DNA from: an uncultured virus (IMG/VR IMGVR_UViG_3300044629_000710)
Lineage: Duplodnaviria; Heunggongvirae; Uroviricota; Caudoviricetes
Length of the DNA: 64,000 nucleotides
Direction: 5' to 3' (one strand)
Virus record (IMG/VR): IMGVR_UViG_3300044629_000710
Positions 55,701-64,000 of this stretch are shown here, one piece after another. How positions within the stretch are numbered: the stretch's first letter is position 1; each line of letters starts with the position of its first letter. The notes under the pieces are model-generated. The model did not search any database. It was not told the DNA's origin and saw only the letters and a program-made list of their open reading frames with translations. Both the position numbers and the translations under genes were made by a program.

Positions 55701-57661
55701 ACGACAACTGGCAGTCAGGAGCATTCAACGGCTTCGGCACCCGTTACAACGACTGGGAGTCCATCTGGTTTGGAAAGAATCTGAGTGCGGAGAAAGTCTC
55801 CAAGCCAAACCTGTCCCCCTCACGGCTGATCAATGCCAAGGTTGATGGCGTTGCCCTGAACAGCCTAAATTCGTCCACTACGCCTGACTCCATCAAGAAA
55901 CGGGTCGTTGAGAAGTCGGTCATCAAGGATGTCCTCCCGATCGCAAGGGAGAATGCCATCAACATCACCGCCAAGGGACTTAAGCCGAACACTCCGTTCT
56001 ATGTGTATTGCGATGATCTGTATGTGACACCATTCTGCACGGGTCAGAGCGTCACGGACACGAAAGGCGAGATCACGAATCTAGCCTTCCTCTTCAATCG
56101 CACCAGCGTCGGCAACAACTACGGGTTCAATGAGCAGAATTTCCCCGTGGGACGGCATGTCATTCGCATCGTGGGCAGCGAATCGCCCGTCACAAATGTG
56201 AACACTCTGATTGAGAATCCCGACACATGGACCATGTCTGCCGATGCGGTCTATGTGGCTGAGGGCTTCTACGACTCGCTTTCCGAGTCTAATATCCTCT
56301 CCACCAGACTGCCGTTGACCAAGAGAAAGTCGGCCAAGTCCACCCGCGTCATCTCCAACCTCTCGGAAGTGGTGAACAGTGCGGGAGAGGTGGTCGGCTA
56401 TCAGGAGCCGCTGTGCCAGACTTTCCTTGTGGACGCGAACAAGTACCCGAACGGCATGTTCGTCAGTTTCATTGACCTGTACTTCCGTGCGAAGGACTCA
56501 TCCATGACCGTTCCCGTGAGCGTGGAGATCAGACCCACGGTCAACGGCTATCCTCACCCGTCAAGAGTCCTGCCTTTCGCATCCTCCACCCTGTACTCAG
56601 ATTCGGTCAACATCGGCGATCGGGTGGATTCGGGCGATGATGACAAGACGAGATTCCAGTTCAGCACTCCGGTCTATCTGTTGCCGGGCACGGAGTACGC
56701 CGTGTGCGTCTCCACCAACTCCCCCGTTTACTCGCTCTTTACATCAAACATCGGCTCGTTCGCCATCAAGGACAACGAGAGCGATCCGGACCTCACTGTC
56801 GCCAAGCAGCCCAACTTCGGCTCGTTGTTCAAGACCCAGAATGCCGGTAAGTTGACCAAGACCGAGAACGAGTTGCTCTGCATGAGGGTGGGTGTGTGCA
56901 AGTTCACTTCCGGAACGAACACCATCCAGTTCAGCAAGAGCGATGCGTTTGGCTCGGATGTCGCGAAGTATAATAGCATCCGGTTCAACACGGCGGTGTC
57001 TCTGCCGGAGGGTTGCTCATACACGATTGGCTTTGACAATCCAGCAGTGGGATATGAGCCGGGGAAGAACATCATCCCGACAACCGGCATCATTGACCTG
57101 AATGCGGTCAACGCGAATGCCATTCTGCTGTCTTTCACGACAGCCGACACCTATGTCTCGCCCATGTTTGACCTTGAGCGGTCAAGCGTGGTGATGACGA
57201 AGAACATCATCAACTCCAACTCCAACACGACCACCAACGGAGAACTGGAGCCGACGAACTATGCGGTCACCGAAGCCAGTCGGGCAAAGGCACGCTACAT
57301 CACGAAGCGGATCACCCTTGAGCCGGACATCACGGCACGCAATGTCACCGTGAAGATGTCGCTCTCCAATCCGGTCAACCGCTACAACGAACAGACCCTT
57401 CTGTCCTCGTCGGTGAAGGTGTTCATCCGTCCGCTTCCGGTCGGGGAGACGGATTTCAATAAGGTCAAGTACATTGAGTTGACACCGAGCGACACCGGCT
57501 ACTCGTACACGGACGGAGACTTCCGAGAGGTGACATTCACCAACATCGGCGACGAGACGCTGCCGGAGTTCAACTCGTTCTCCATTAAGGTCGCGATGTT
57601 CGGGGACGACAATGGCATCGTGTACCCGCGCGTACGCAACCTGCGGGTGGTCGCGACATGA
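52715..57661 (+). CDS. Large virion structural protein (VrlC-like / DUF4815)
   Basis: N..PYYDD, FRPG..VQARELTQLQ.ILQNQIERFG, APGADRFKI.L, RRTYDESG.Y, RYTMRDIG.LE.RI...EYYT, PL.QTF, P....LR.VA. Confidence 0.85.
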   Translation: MPSYDPNLFNVDPYYDDYSEDKKHLRIMFRPGYGVQARELTQLQTILQNQIERFGSHVFDEGSIVLDGQITTNNLKYARVTLGSGVTHTDFIGTTIYNNSIASPFTAAYGRVVHAEGGIVGDPSPVLFFEYLAGGTGFTSSNVIAATASNEQTITATVTGSVGNATVVSVDRGVRFVEGYFVLNDAQSIGAYSLSGSMRSYESPTTSVGFAVNKEFVTSDDDETLTDPAFGYYNYSAPGADRFKIDLVLSQRGYTATDTTSTDNFTREGFVEFMRIVDGDIVKVEKYPDYAMLEDTFARRTYDESGNYTVVPFDLTMRGISGNDTTLKAHLSPGKAYVFGYEFETQGVTRLNIDKARTTRQVERVFDREVGPYTKVIFSGITGSIPSGLQDFGLDPVLIMVTGSSGQGDANKRIVGEIGRARMRRADLYANPVFNLSLYDIAFTMTGADFSQVERFFVSGVTHCDRHLFAVTGGSASLGALSESSLLWEIPDGSVMSTLDDIDIAYTYRTSVVPNAFPYNTTISIPTIGNNFSVSTTEVSLPNADVIVFDQNGRILGGTAARNGTSLDITVSGSLSQSNRLHVMASVDYDTNDPTIKTKTVLTENITLTGAWGSALTGDGRGSTADTLYFNGYVDVISVLALTGSRDGSSTNLLPYFTFDNGQREDMYDWSRMIMNPGTTGVTGAYTATISRYSRSGGTFFTAESYTGGSLTSDYVPTFTAKSGTVYRLRDCIDFRPDRGATFSSVSQVSSSSIIPTNTAANDSQFKYTHFLPRIDKVALTRDRNFSVIKGVPALNSEPPADNPNAMTLYSLGVNPFTFGPDDVTVRQVENKRYTMRDIGDLEKRIEAVEYYTTLNILEQDAKSISVKDTAGDEMPKRGIVVDQFKGHIVSDNADPMFAASIDYELNELRPSFIATSFSLTGGTLVGMTGNRTDKVFVMNHTASGEIANIVSSDYIKINPFGVVSFLGNMKISPSSDVWFDTGKRPKVQVNVGGENDNWQSGAFNGFGTRYNDWESIWFGKNLSAEKVSKPNLSPSRLINAKVDGVALNSLNSSTTPDSIKKRVVEKSVIKDVLPIARENAINITAKGLKPNTPFYVYCDDLYVTPFCTGQSVTDTKGEITNLAFLFNRTSVGNNYGFNEQNFPVGRHVIRIVGSESPVTNVNTLIENPDTWTMSADAVYVAEGFYDSLSESNILSTRLPLTKRKSAKSTRVISNLSEVVNSAGEVVGYQEPLCQTFLVDANKYPNGMFVSFIDLYFRAKDSSMTVPVSVEIRPTVNGYPHPSRVLPFASSTLYSDSVNIGDRVDSGDDDKTRFQFSTPVYLLPGTEYAVCVSTNSPVYSLFTSNIGSFAIKDNESDPDLTVAKQPNFGSLFKTQNAGKLTKTENELLCMRVGVCKFTSGTNTIQFSKSDAFGSDVAKYNSIRFNTAVSLPEGCSYTIGFDNPAVGYEPGKNIIPTTGIIDLNAVNANAILLSFTTADTYVSPMFDLERSSVVMTKNIINSNSNTTTNGELEPTNYAVTEASRAKARYITKRITLEPDITARNVTVKMSLSNPVNRYNEQTLLSSSVKVFIRPLPVGETDFNKVKYIELTPSDTGYSYTDGDFREVTFTNIGDETLPEFNSFSIKVAMFGDDNGIVYPRVRNLRVVAT

Positions 57662-57870
57662 TGCGACGGGAGAGGGTCAGGAACGAGAACTTGGTCCGAG
57701 ACCCGAGGACCACTGCCCTCCTGTCCACGGACAAGGATGCCATACTCGCCTACGAGCGGAAGAAGCGGGAGCGACAGGTTCAGGAAGACCGGCTAAATAC
57801 GCTGGAACGGGAAGTCGCTGCCCTGAAGGAACAGGTCGCACAACTACGCAAGAACGGTAACGCCCCATGA
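57658..57870 (+). CDS. Small coiled-coil protein conserved downstream of VrlC-like genes
   Basis: LVRD..T.A....D...Y then a coiled coil; overlaps both neighbours; internal CTAAATA at 57793-57799. Confidence 0.7.
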   Translation: MMRRERVRNENLVRDPRTTALLSTDKDAILAYERKKRERQVQEDRLNTLEREVAALKEQVAQLRKNGNAP

Positions 57871-60800
57871 GTTGCACAGCATCCGATCTCATCAAAATCC
57901 AGCCCCTCACCCTTTCGGACACCTTCCACACATGGTTTGACCGGACCAACGAGGTCATTGATGCCGTCAGTGCCGTCAACATCTACAATGTGTCGGTAGG
58001 GGTGACCAGCGGTCTTGGGATCGTCAACGACTGCGCGAATGGCAACTACAACGGGACGATAGTGATTGACACCAATGTCGGCGGCGGTGTCGGCATCGGT
58101 CCCGCGAACTACAAGACCAACCAGATCGTCATGGATTTCGCGGACCTGCCGTTCTATCTTGACGGCGGGGTCTCGGCGAATCCGGCGTTGAATGACTACT
58201 ACGCACTCAGCGACTTGAGCGACACATCTCAGGGACCGGCAGGAACCCCGAAGAAGATCGCCGCGCGTTACATGCTGCCCCCCAAGGTCACGATGGGTCA
58301 GACGGGCGGGGGCACGCTGGAGATTGAAGGAAGTCTCGTTGTAAAAAACAACTTGAGCGTACTTGGTGATACCACATACATTCAGGTTAGCGACATTCGG
58401 GTTGAGGACAAGATCATTGAGTTGGCATCCAGCCCCTATACGGCATTTATGATAGAGGGGGCAGCGTCTGATATTGGAGATATTGAATCCGGAATGACTG
58501 CATATGGATGGGGAGAAGGCGATTGGCCCAATCCCAACAATGAAGACATCATTTTCAAGATTCGTTCAATTCAAAGACAGTCATCCGGCACGACCGCATA
58601 CATTGAAATTCACAGAATCTCCGAGGGAACTCCGGAAGAGATTCAACAAAATAGCGTCATTGAAGTTGATCCTGATGGTCTTGGATTGACTTTTGATGTC
58701 ACAACAAATCCCGTGGGCGGAAATGGACTGGTTACGGATGTGGAACTTTCTCCCGCGGGTGTCCGAATCAAGGGAGACGAGGGAGACAAGGACTTCCTCT
58801 GGACCAACACATACAATCGCTGGGCGACCAACACGAACCTCGGCGTTTCGGACAAGGACTTGTTCGTCGTATCGTCCAAGTTCGGCTCCTATGGGTTTGA
58901 GGACGCTTCGCGGGACAACATCTTCACCTTCGTCGGTGCGTCCGGTCAGGATGTTACCCTCTCCATCGCAAACGGCAGCCTGACGGTCACCGGTGACGGA
59001 TGGGAAAACTCGGCATGGAAGTTGGTGAAGCATGCCACCCCCGGTGCGTTGCGGGCTTACCAGAGGATGTCGCTCATCCATGACAGCGGTGCGACTGCCT
59101 ATCCCATTGCCACTTTCTATGCAGGAAGGACCGGTCCCGTGTACGCGGGCGTGGGCGTGAGCGGGTGGGCACAGCACCTCAATGTGGACATGGTTGACGG
59201 GGCGCATGCCACACAGACCCCGACCGCATACTCCATCCCTGTCGCATACTCGGACGGCAAGATTGACCCGAACTGGCTCATGGCAGATGCAATCCGCAAG
59301 GACATCGTGGTGTCCGGCGGTCATGCCTTCCAAGTCGGCGATGTTGTCCGATACGACGCTCTGGGTGGCTTGACCTTCGCCATCGCGGACACCATCCCGA
59401 CGGCAGAGGCGATCGGCATGGTCTCGGAGGTTGACGGCAACACGGTCACGGTGACCACAAGAGGGTATATCGCCAACATCCCAATCGCAGGAACAAGGTT
59501 TGGAAATTTCCCATATCCCGCCGTCACGGGAAGCGTCTACTTCCTAAGTGCAGACAATTCGGGGCGGCTCATCGCCAATCCGGATACAGGCGATCTTGAC
59601 GCAGGACAGGTCCGCAAGGCCATGTTCCTCGCGGACGGGGTCAGCAGCGGTTATGTCTTGAACTATGTCGGCTCGGTGTTCGGTGGCGACTCCACCGACC
59701 GCGTCTACCTGCCGCTCCTCACGCCCGTGGGTTCTGTCCAGCCGTTTGCCGGTGCGACCTCCGGAGTTCCGGAAGGATGGCTCCTGTGCGATGGCAAGTC
59801 GCATGTCAAGAACTCATACCCCGACCTCTTTGATGCGATCGGCAACGCCCACTTCGCGAACGCCAAGATGTCCGGCTCCAGCGGAACCATCATCGTCTTC
59901 GCCGACAACATCCGGAACCTCGCAGCCAACAATCCGGTCGTGATTGAGTGGACAAATTCAGACGGACAGGTCGTGTCCTCCAATTGCACGGTCAGCAGCG
60001 TAAACTCCGGAGCCAGAACGGTCACCTTGACGGGCATCGGAACTGCACTCCCGACCACGGATGGTGTTGATGTCCGTGTCTATGGTCGCGTGGCGGGTCA
60101 GGACACCAACATGGTGTTCTTCGTCCCCGACCTGCGTGGCAGGACTCCGGTCGGGGTGTCCACCCCGTCCATTGGTCTCGGCGTTCAGGGAGGCATGACT
60201 GCGGCGACCCTGCCCGAGCACAAGCACTTCTCGGTGGATACCGCCATCGGAGATGGTCCACAATCGGCTGCGGCAGTCGGTAGTCCTTATACCGGCGGTC
60301 TGTCGGCTGGCTCGGTCAGCAACACGATTCCTACCATGCCTCCCTACATCGGGATGCATTGGATCATCCGTGCCATCAAGACGCTGCCTGCATTGATAAT
60401 CACGGGTCACCACCATGACTCGCGATACATCCGCTTTGATGCGGCACAGTCGGTCCCCGCGGGAACTGTTGGGGGCATTGGTGGCGGATTGAACCAGTTC
60501 CATGTCAACGCAGCGGTCTTGAGCGACGGCACGCTGGGCAGAGACAAGTTTGAAAATAGACTTGCCATCCAGTACCACGGCGATGGAGTGACGGGTCTTG
60601 GTGACTGGGAGTTTTGGGCAAGCACTCTACCCGCCGCAGGTTCATACACCTACTTGGGGGCGAATACATCCCAGTGGTGGTCTCAAGCCGCCTTGAATGT
60701 GATGGGTGGAGATGCCAGCAGGGCAGTAATCAACATCTTCAACAACAACGCGAATTGGTGGTCACCGTCTGCGGGTCGTGCGGACGAGATGGGATTGAAT

Positions 60801-61841
60801 TTTTATGGTGTAGGCATATCTGGCGCAACCGCCCCCGCTAGATTTGCTGCGGGAATCAGAGCCAGCATTCAACAAATTGATGTTGATGGGATTGATCTCA
60901 CCGATCCTAGTAGAGTGGCATTGGGTTCTATAACCGGATCCAACAGAAGATACTTTGACATATCTCTCGGGGGTATCACGGACGGTAGACCTGCATTTGC
61001 GATCTACAGGGACGAGCATCCATCTGTCGCCGGATCCAATTCAAACGCTGGATGGGACAAAACCATACGGTATCGCTTGCCCCACGGACTCACATCGGAG
61101 AGCGTCCACAAGGGATACATGACTCATGTCATGCTTCGCTATGGAAGAGAACTGGTGGAGTACACCGGCACCTCCCTGAGCGGCTCGGATCTCCATGTGA
61201 CGGGTGCGGTCAAGATCGGACAGGGATCTCTGTCAAGCACCCTTGATTCCGATGCCAAGATACTGACGGTGGATTCGGACACAGGCGTGGTGCATACCCG
61301 CAAGATGCTTGAGGTCACGGGCAACACCCCGCCGACCGAAGCATCAGAGGTGGCCAACTATCCGGAAGGGTTCGTGTGGTACAAGACCGACACAGGTGGA
61401 GAGATATACTCTCCGGGTCTGACTCCCATTCGCGGAATCATCATGTGGAGCGGAGGATTGAATGAAGTTCCGACCGGATGGGCATTGTGTGACGGCAGAA
61501 CAGTCGGAGGCATAACAACACCCGACCTTCGCGGTCGGTTCATCGTGGGTGCAGGTGGGGAATATGCTGTGAATGCTATTGGAGGAACCGCAAACGCCGT
61601 CGTAGTTTCTCACACCCATGTAACGGAATCGCCATCATTTGCAAATCAAGTTGTCGGAGGTGTGAGGATATCTAACGGGGGAAGCAATACAACTAGTGTT
61701 GGGCTTGATCAGACACCCGGAGAATTGAATATCGGCACTGCATTCCCAATCGTTGTTCCCGCTCCTAGCAATGCAGTCAGCGGAACCAACATGAACCTAC
61801 CTCCCTACTACGCCCTCGCCTATATTATGAGAGTGGCATGA
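57867..61841 (+). CDS. Tail fibre protein with two phage tail collar domains
   Basis: N-terminal DTF..W...TN attachment motif; PVGSV.PFAG...P.GWLLCDG...YPDLF.AIG..FVPDLRGR and IIMWSG....P.GWALCDG...TPDLRGRFIVG; HxH motifs; PPY..L.YIMR. Confidence 0.8.
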   Translation: MSCTASDLIKIQPLTLSDTFHTWFDRTNEVIDAVSAVNIYNVSVGVTSGLGIVNDCANGNYNGTIVIDTNVGGGVGIGPANYKTNQIVMDFADLPFYLDGGVSANPALNDYYALSDLSDTSQGPAGTPKKIAARYMLPPKVTMGQTGGGTLEIEGSLVVKNNLSVLGDTTYIQVSDIRVEDKIIELASSPYTAFMIEGAASDIGDIESGMTAYGWGEGDWPNPNNEDIIFKIRSIQRQSSGTTAYIEIHRISEGTPEEIQQNSVIEVDPDGLGLTFDVTTNPVGGNGLVTDVELSPAGVRIKGDEGDKDFLWTNTYNRWATNTNLGVSDKDLFVVSSKFGSYGFEDASRDNIFTFVGASGQDVTLSIANGSLTVTGDGWENSAWKLVKHATPGALRAYQRMSLIHDSGATAYPIATFYAGRTGPVYAGVGVSGWAQHLNVDMVDGAHATQTPTAYSIPVAYSDGKIDPNWLMADAIRKDIVVSGGHAFQVGDVVRYDALGGLTFAIADTIPTAEAIGMVSEVDGNTVTVTTRGYIANIPIAGTRFGNFPYPAVTGSVYFLSADNSGRLIANPDTGDLDAGQVRKAMFLADGVSSGYVLNYVGSVFGGDSTDRVYLPLLTPVGSVQPFAGATSGVPEGWLLCDGKSHVKNSYPDLFDAIGNAHFANAKMSGSSGTIIVFADNIRNLAANNPVVIEWTNSDGQVVSSNCTVSSVNSGARTVTLTGIGTALPTTDGVDVRVYGRVAGQDTNMVFFVPDLRGRTPVGVSTPSIGLGVQGGMTAATLPEHKHFSVDTAIGDGPQSAAAVGSPYTGGLSAGSVSNTIPTMPPYIGMHWIIRAIKTLPALIITGHHHDSRYIRFDAAQSVPAGTVGGIGGGLNQFHVNAAVLSDGTLGRDKFENRLAIQYHGDGVTGLGDWEFWASTLPAAGSYTYLGANTSQWWSQAALNVMGGDASRAVINIFNNNANWWSPSAGRADEMGLNFYGVGISGATAPARFAAGIRASIQQIDVDGIDLTDPSRVALGSITGSNRRYFDISLGGITDGRPAFAIYRDEHPSVAGSNSNAGWDKTIRYRLPHGLTSESVHKGYMTHVMLRYGRELVEYTGTSLSGSDLHVTGAVKIGQGSLSSTLDSDAKILTVDSDTGVVHTRKMLEVTGNTPPTEASEVANYPEGFVWYKTDTGGEIYSPGLTPIRGIIMWSGGLNEVPTGWALCDGRTVGGITTPDLRGRFIVGAGGEYAVNAIGGTANAVVVSHTHVTESPSFANQVVGGVRISNGGSNTTSVGLDQTPGELNIGTAFPIVVPAPSNAVSGTNMNLPPYYALAYIMRVA

Positions 61842-61862
61842 CGATCACGAAAGGACCGAGCA

Positions 61863-63398
61863 ATGGGTGAGATCTATGTGAAGAAGAACGCCGCCTTTGA
61901 GAAGGTGGTCACGGACGGCAACACCATCATCGTCAACGGTGGGGCTGGGGGTGGTAGTGGAATTGTCATTGCGTCCTATGCCTACAGGAGTGATGCCGAC
62001 AGCGATGATACTATTCCGTACGCATCAAGCATAGATTTCCCCCACCAAGGGACATCAGGTTCATATGCATACAGGAACCTGTCCAAGTACCTTGACCGCG
62101 TTCCTGTGAACAGCAACTCGCTCGGGAATGGAGCCGCCTTCAACAGCGAAAACGGAAAGTTCACCGCCAAGGTCGGAGGCATCTACCAGTTCAATGCGAC
62201 CGCGGTGGTTCAATTGACGCAAAGTGCCGCTGCGGCCAGTGCCGTCTACTTTCAGATGTGGCTGAGAAGAAACGAGACCACCACTTCTATCACCAACACA
62301 AACGATTTCAGGACAGGACAGGTGGTTTCGGTCTATCGCGATGAGGAGGAGTCGGCAGCGGAAACATCGCAGATCGTGAATGTGACGGAGACATGGCAAG
62401 TTGAGTTGCAAGCCAACGACACGATCGTGCTATGTGGTGGTTGGAACAATGCGGGTGGTGCCGTGAGCGTCAATGGAGCATCTCTCTCCGCTACTTATCT
62501 CGGAGGTGCCTCTGTCACTCCCGCCGGTCCTGTCGCGATGCACTATCGGTTCTATGGATTGGCTGGAAGTAGTGGGTGGGCTGGTACGAACTCTTGCTAC
62601 ATTCCCCTGACCAACACCACACCGATTCGCATCAAGAATGGTGCGATGTCCGGTTTATGCACCCCATCAGGCGGAGCGATGATCAATGTGTTTGATACGC
62701 TCAATTCGTTCAATCCCGCCACGGGTGTCTTTACCGCTCCCGTCACGGGCACCTATTCTGTGATGTTTGATGGTGCAATTCAGGATGGAGACAATGACGA
62801 TGGGCAGAGGACACACATATGGATTCAAAAAACACAGGCAGGAGCAGAGGTTGCTGCCCCCGCCATTGCTAATGCTTATGGGAATGTTTCTACGCATGCC
62901 AGCAGGGCTGGCGCAATGTGGCCGATCAGTTCAAACTGGTTGGTTCAGTTGAATGCCGGTGACACGATCACATGGAACATAGCGGGATCCTTGTCAAACA
63001 ATAGTGCAAACCCGAACAGTTACCTTGCCAACTTCTCGCTGATGGCGAACCTGCTGACCTCCACGCAGACGGTTGATCGCCAGTCACTCGCGGCAGAGGA
63101 AGGTTGGTCTGAACTGCCCGGTGGCTTGCTGATGCAGTGGGGCAAAAAACAATACTCGGTTGCTGGTTGGCCAGGTCTACAAGCAACTATCACATTTCCC
63201 CGTGCATTCAGTGAAGTGCCTTATAATATAACCACATCATGGGGTGTAAGTGGGTCTTATAATGCAAACGACAATTTCATTGTCCATTATGATGATCCGA
63301 CAACCACAACGATGAAATTGATATTAAATGCTGTAGAAAGCGGTGCGATACCATCCACTAATATCTGCACCAATTGGCTCGCGATCGGCAAGGCATGA
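61863..63398 (+). CDS. Fibre/adhesin with two C1q-like domains and a C-terminal gp53-like (GL..QWG) domain
   Basis: FN...GKFTA...GIYQF and FD....FNPATGVFTAPVTGTY C1q motifs; LP.GLLMQWG..ITFP.AF..W.AIG. Confidence 0.7.
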   Translation: MGEIYVKKNAAFEKVVTDGNTIIVNGGAGGGSGIVIASYAYRSDADSDDTIPYASSIDFPHQGTSGSYAYRNLSKYLDRVPVNSNSLGNGAAFNSENGKFTAKVGGIYQFNATAVVQLTQSAAAASAVYFQMWLRRNETTTSITNTNDFRTGQVVSVYRDEEESAAETSQIVNVTETWQVELQANDTIVLCGGWNNAGGAVSVNGASLSATYLGGASVTPAGPVAMHYRFYGLAGSSGWAGTNSCYIPLTNTTPIRIKNGAMSGLCTPSGGAMINVFDTLNSFNPATGVFTAPVTGTYSVMFDGAIQDGDNDDGQRTHIWIQKTQAGAEVAAPAIANAYGNVSTHASRAGAMWPISSNWLVQLNAGDTITWNIAGSLSNNSANPNSYLANFSLMANLLTSTQTVDRQSLAAEEGWSELPGGLLMQWGKKQYSVAGWPGLQATITFPRAFSEVPYNITTSWGVSGSYNANDNFIVHYDDPTTTTMKLILNAVESGAIPSTNICTNWLAIGKA

Positions 63399-63420
63399 CG
63401 CAAGAAGGAGGAGGTCACTG

Positions 63421-63765
63421 ATGGCAGTCAGCATTAACAGGGACATGGATCAGGGGGCGAACTTCTCGTTTGTCGCCGTCGCCAAGGGAACGACCTCCGG
63501 CGAACCGATGAACATCGCCACCGGCTACACCGCGTACGCGCAGATGCGGAAGTTCTACAGCAGCAGCACCGCCGTGACCCTCAACACCAGCATCACCGGA
63601 GCAACGGGAGAAATCCTCGTCTCGCTCGGACCCACCGGAACCGCTGCCGTGAAGGCAGGCACATGGTTCTATGATGTTGAGATCCACAAGCACACCGGCA
63701 ACGCCGTGCAACGGGTGGTTCAGGGCATGGTTCAGGTATATCCCGAAGTGACCAAAATTCCGTGA
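63421..63765 (+). CDS. Small conserved T4-like virion protein (114 aa)
   Basis: GGAGG RBS; N...DQGA.F, TGYT..AQMRK...S, G.I..SL....T.....G...YDVEI, RV..G...V.P.VT. Confidence 0.75.
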   Translation: MAVSINRDMDQGANFSFVAVAKGTTSGEPMNIATGYTAYAQMRKFYSSSTAVTLNTSITGATGEILVSLGPTGTAAVKAGTWFYDVEIHKHTGNAVQRVVQGMVQVYPEVTKIP

Positions 63766-63793
63766 TAGTCACGCGCGTCCGCCCGTGGACCCG

Positions 63794-63800
63794 CTAAATA
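63794..63800 (+). promoter_or_regulatory. T4-type late promoter (CTAAATA)
   Basis: Intergenic, upstream of the glycosyltransferase. Confidence 0.65.
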
Positions 63801-63830
63801 CACTCGTCCGCTTTCACCATGGAGAACACA

Positions 63831-64000
63831 ATGAGCGACACCGCCGTGCTTGAAGTGCCTCAAGGCATTGATTCGGTCCCCGCCGGGATTGAAGCCCCCA
63901 AGAAGAACAAGACCGTCACCCTGTGCATGATCGTGAAGAACGAGGCACCCGTCATTGAGCGGTGCCTGTCTTCCGTCCTTCCGGTCATTGACTACTGGGT
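63831..64000 (+). CDS. Family 2 glycosyltransferase, 3'-truncated by window end (not in ORF track)
   Basis: GGAGA RBS; MSDTAVLE...KTVTLCMIVKNEAPVIERCLSSVLPVIDYW is a classic GT2 N-terminal motif. Confidence 0.85.
   Translation, partial: MSDTAVLEVPQGIDSVPAGIEAPKKNKTVTLCMIVKNEAPVIERCLSSVLPVIDYW

Noticed and set aside
1..64000. tRNA/rRNA genes and alternative genetic code
   Set aside because: Intergenic gaps are short with no cloverleaf or T-loop motif seen by eye; conserved genes are full-length under the standard code with TAA, TGA and TAG all used as stops.

Overview
This window is a segment of a large T4-like (Tevenvirinae/Kyanoviridae-type architecture) myophage genome of moderately high GC. 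(1) 1-17.7 kb: an accessory array of 12 co-oriented virion fibre/adhesin genes built from shared modules (Thr-rich collagen, Mtd_N-like N-termini, repeated shaft units, two fibre+LamG cassettes, a Cys-rich RCC1-like protein). (2) 17.8-32 kb: class II RNR (nrdJ), gp46/gp47, late sigma gp55, uvsW, uvsY, RuvC-like, DenV-like and Cas4-like nucleases, gp33 and gp32. (3) 32-38 kb, minus strand: gp4, gp2, gp54-like, gp26, gp51-like and a tape measure protein. (4) 38-64 kb: baseplate/tail genes (gp48, 53, 27-like, 5, PAAR, 25, 6, 7-like, 8, VrlC-like, collar fibre, C1q fibre) ending in the 5' part of a late-expressed GT2 glycosyltransferase. Most interesting signals: an apparent programmed -1 frameshift fusing gp26 to a gp51-like ORF just upstream of the tape measure gene; a pervasive G-x-T/T-G motif in outer virion proteins next to a late glycosyltransferase (candidate virion glycosylation sequon); a C-terminal (D/N)GGT-aromatic motif followed by an Mtd_N-like domain in the next gene (candidate chained fibre assembly); a palindrome-rich origin-like leader upstream of gp55; and dispersed CGCG-rich islands. 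All assignments come from motif recognition and synteny by eye; no searches or counts were run computationally.
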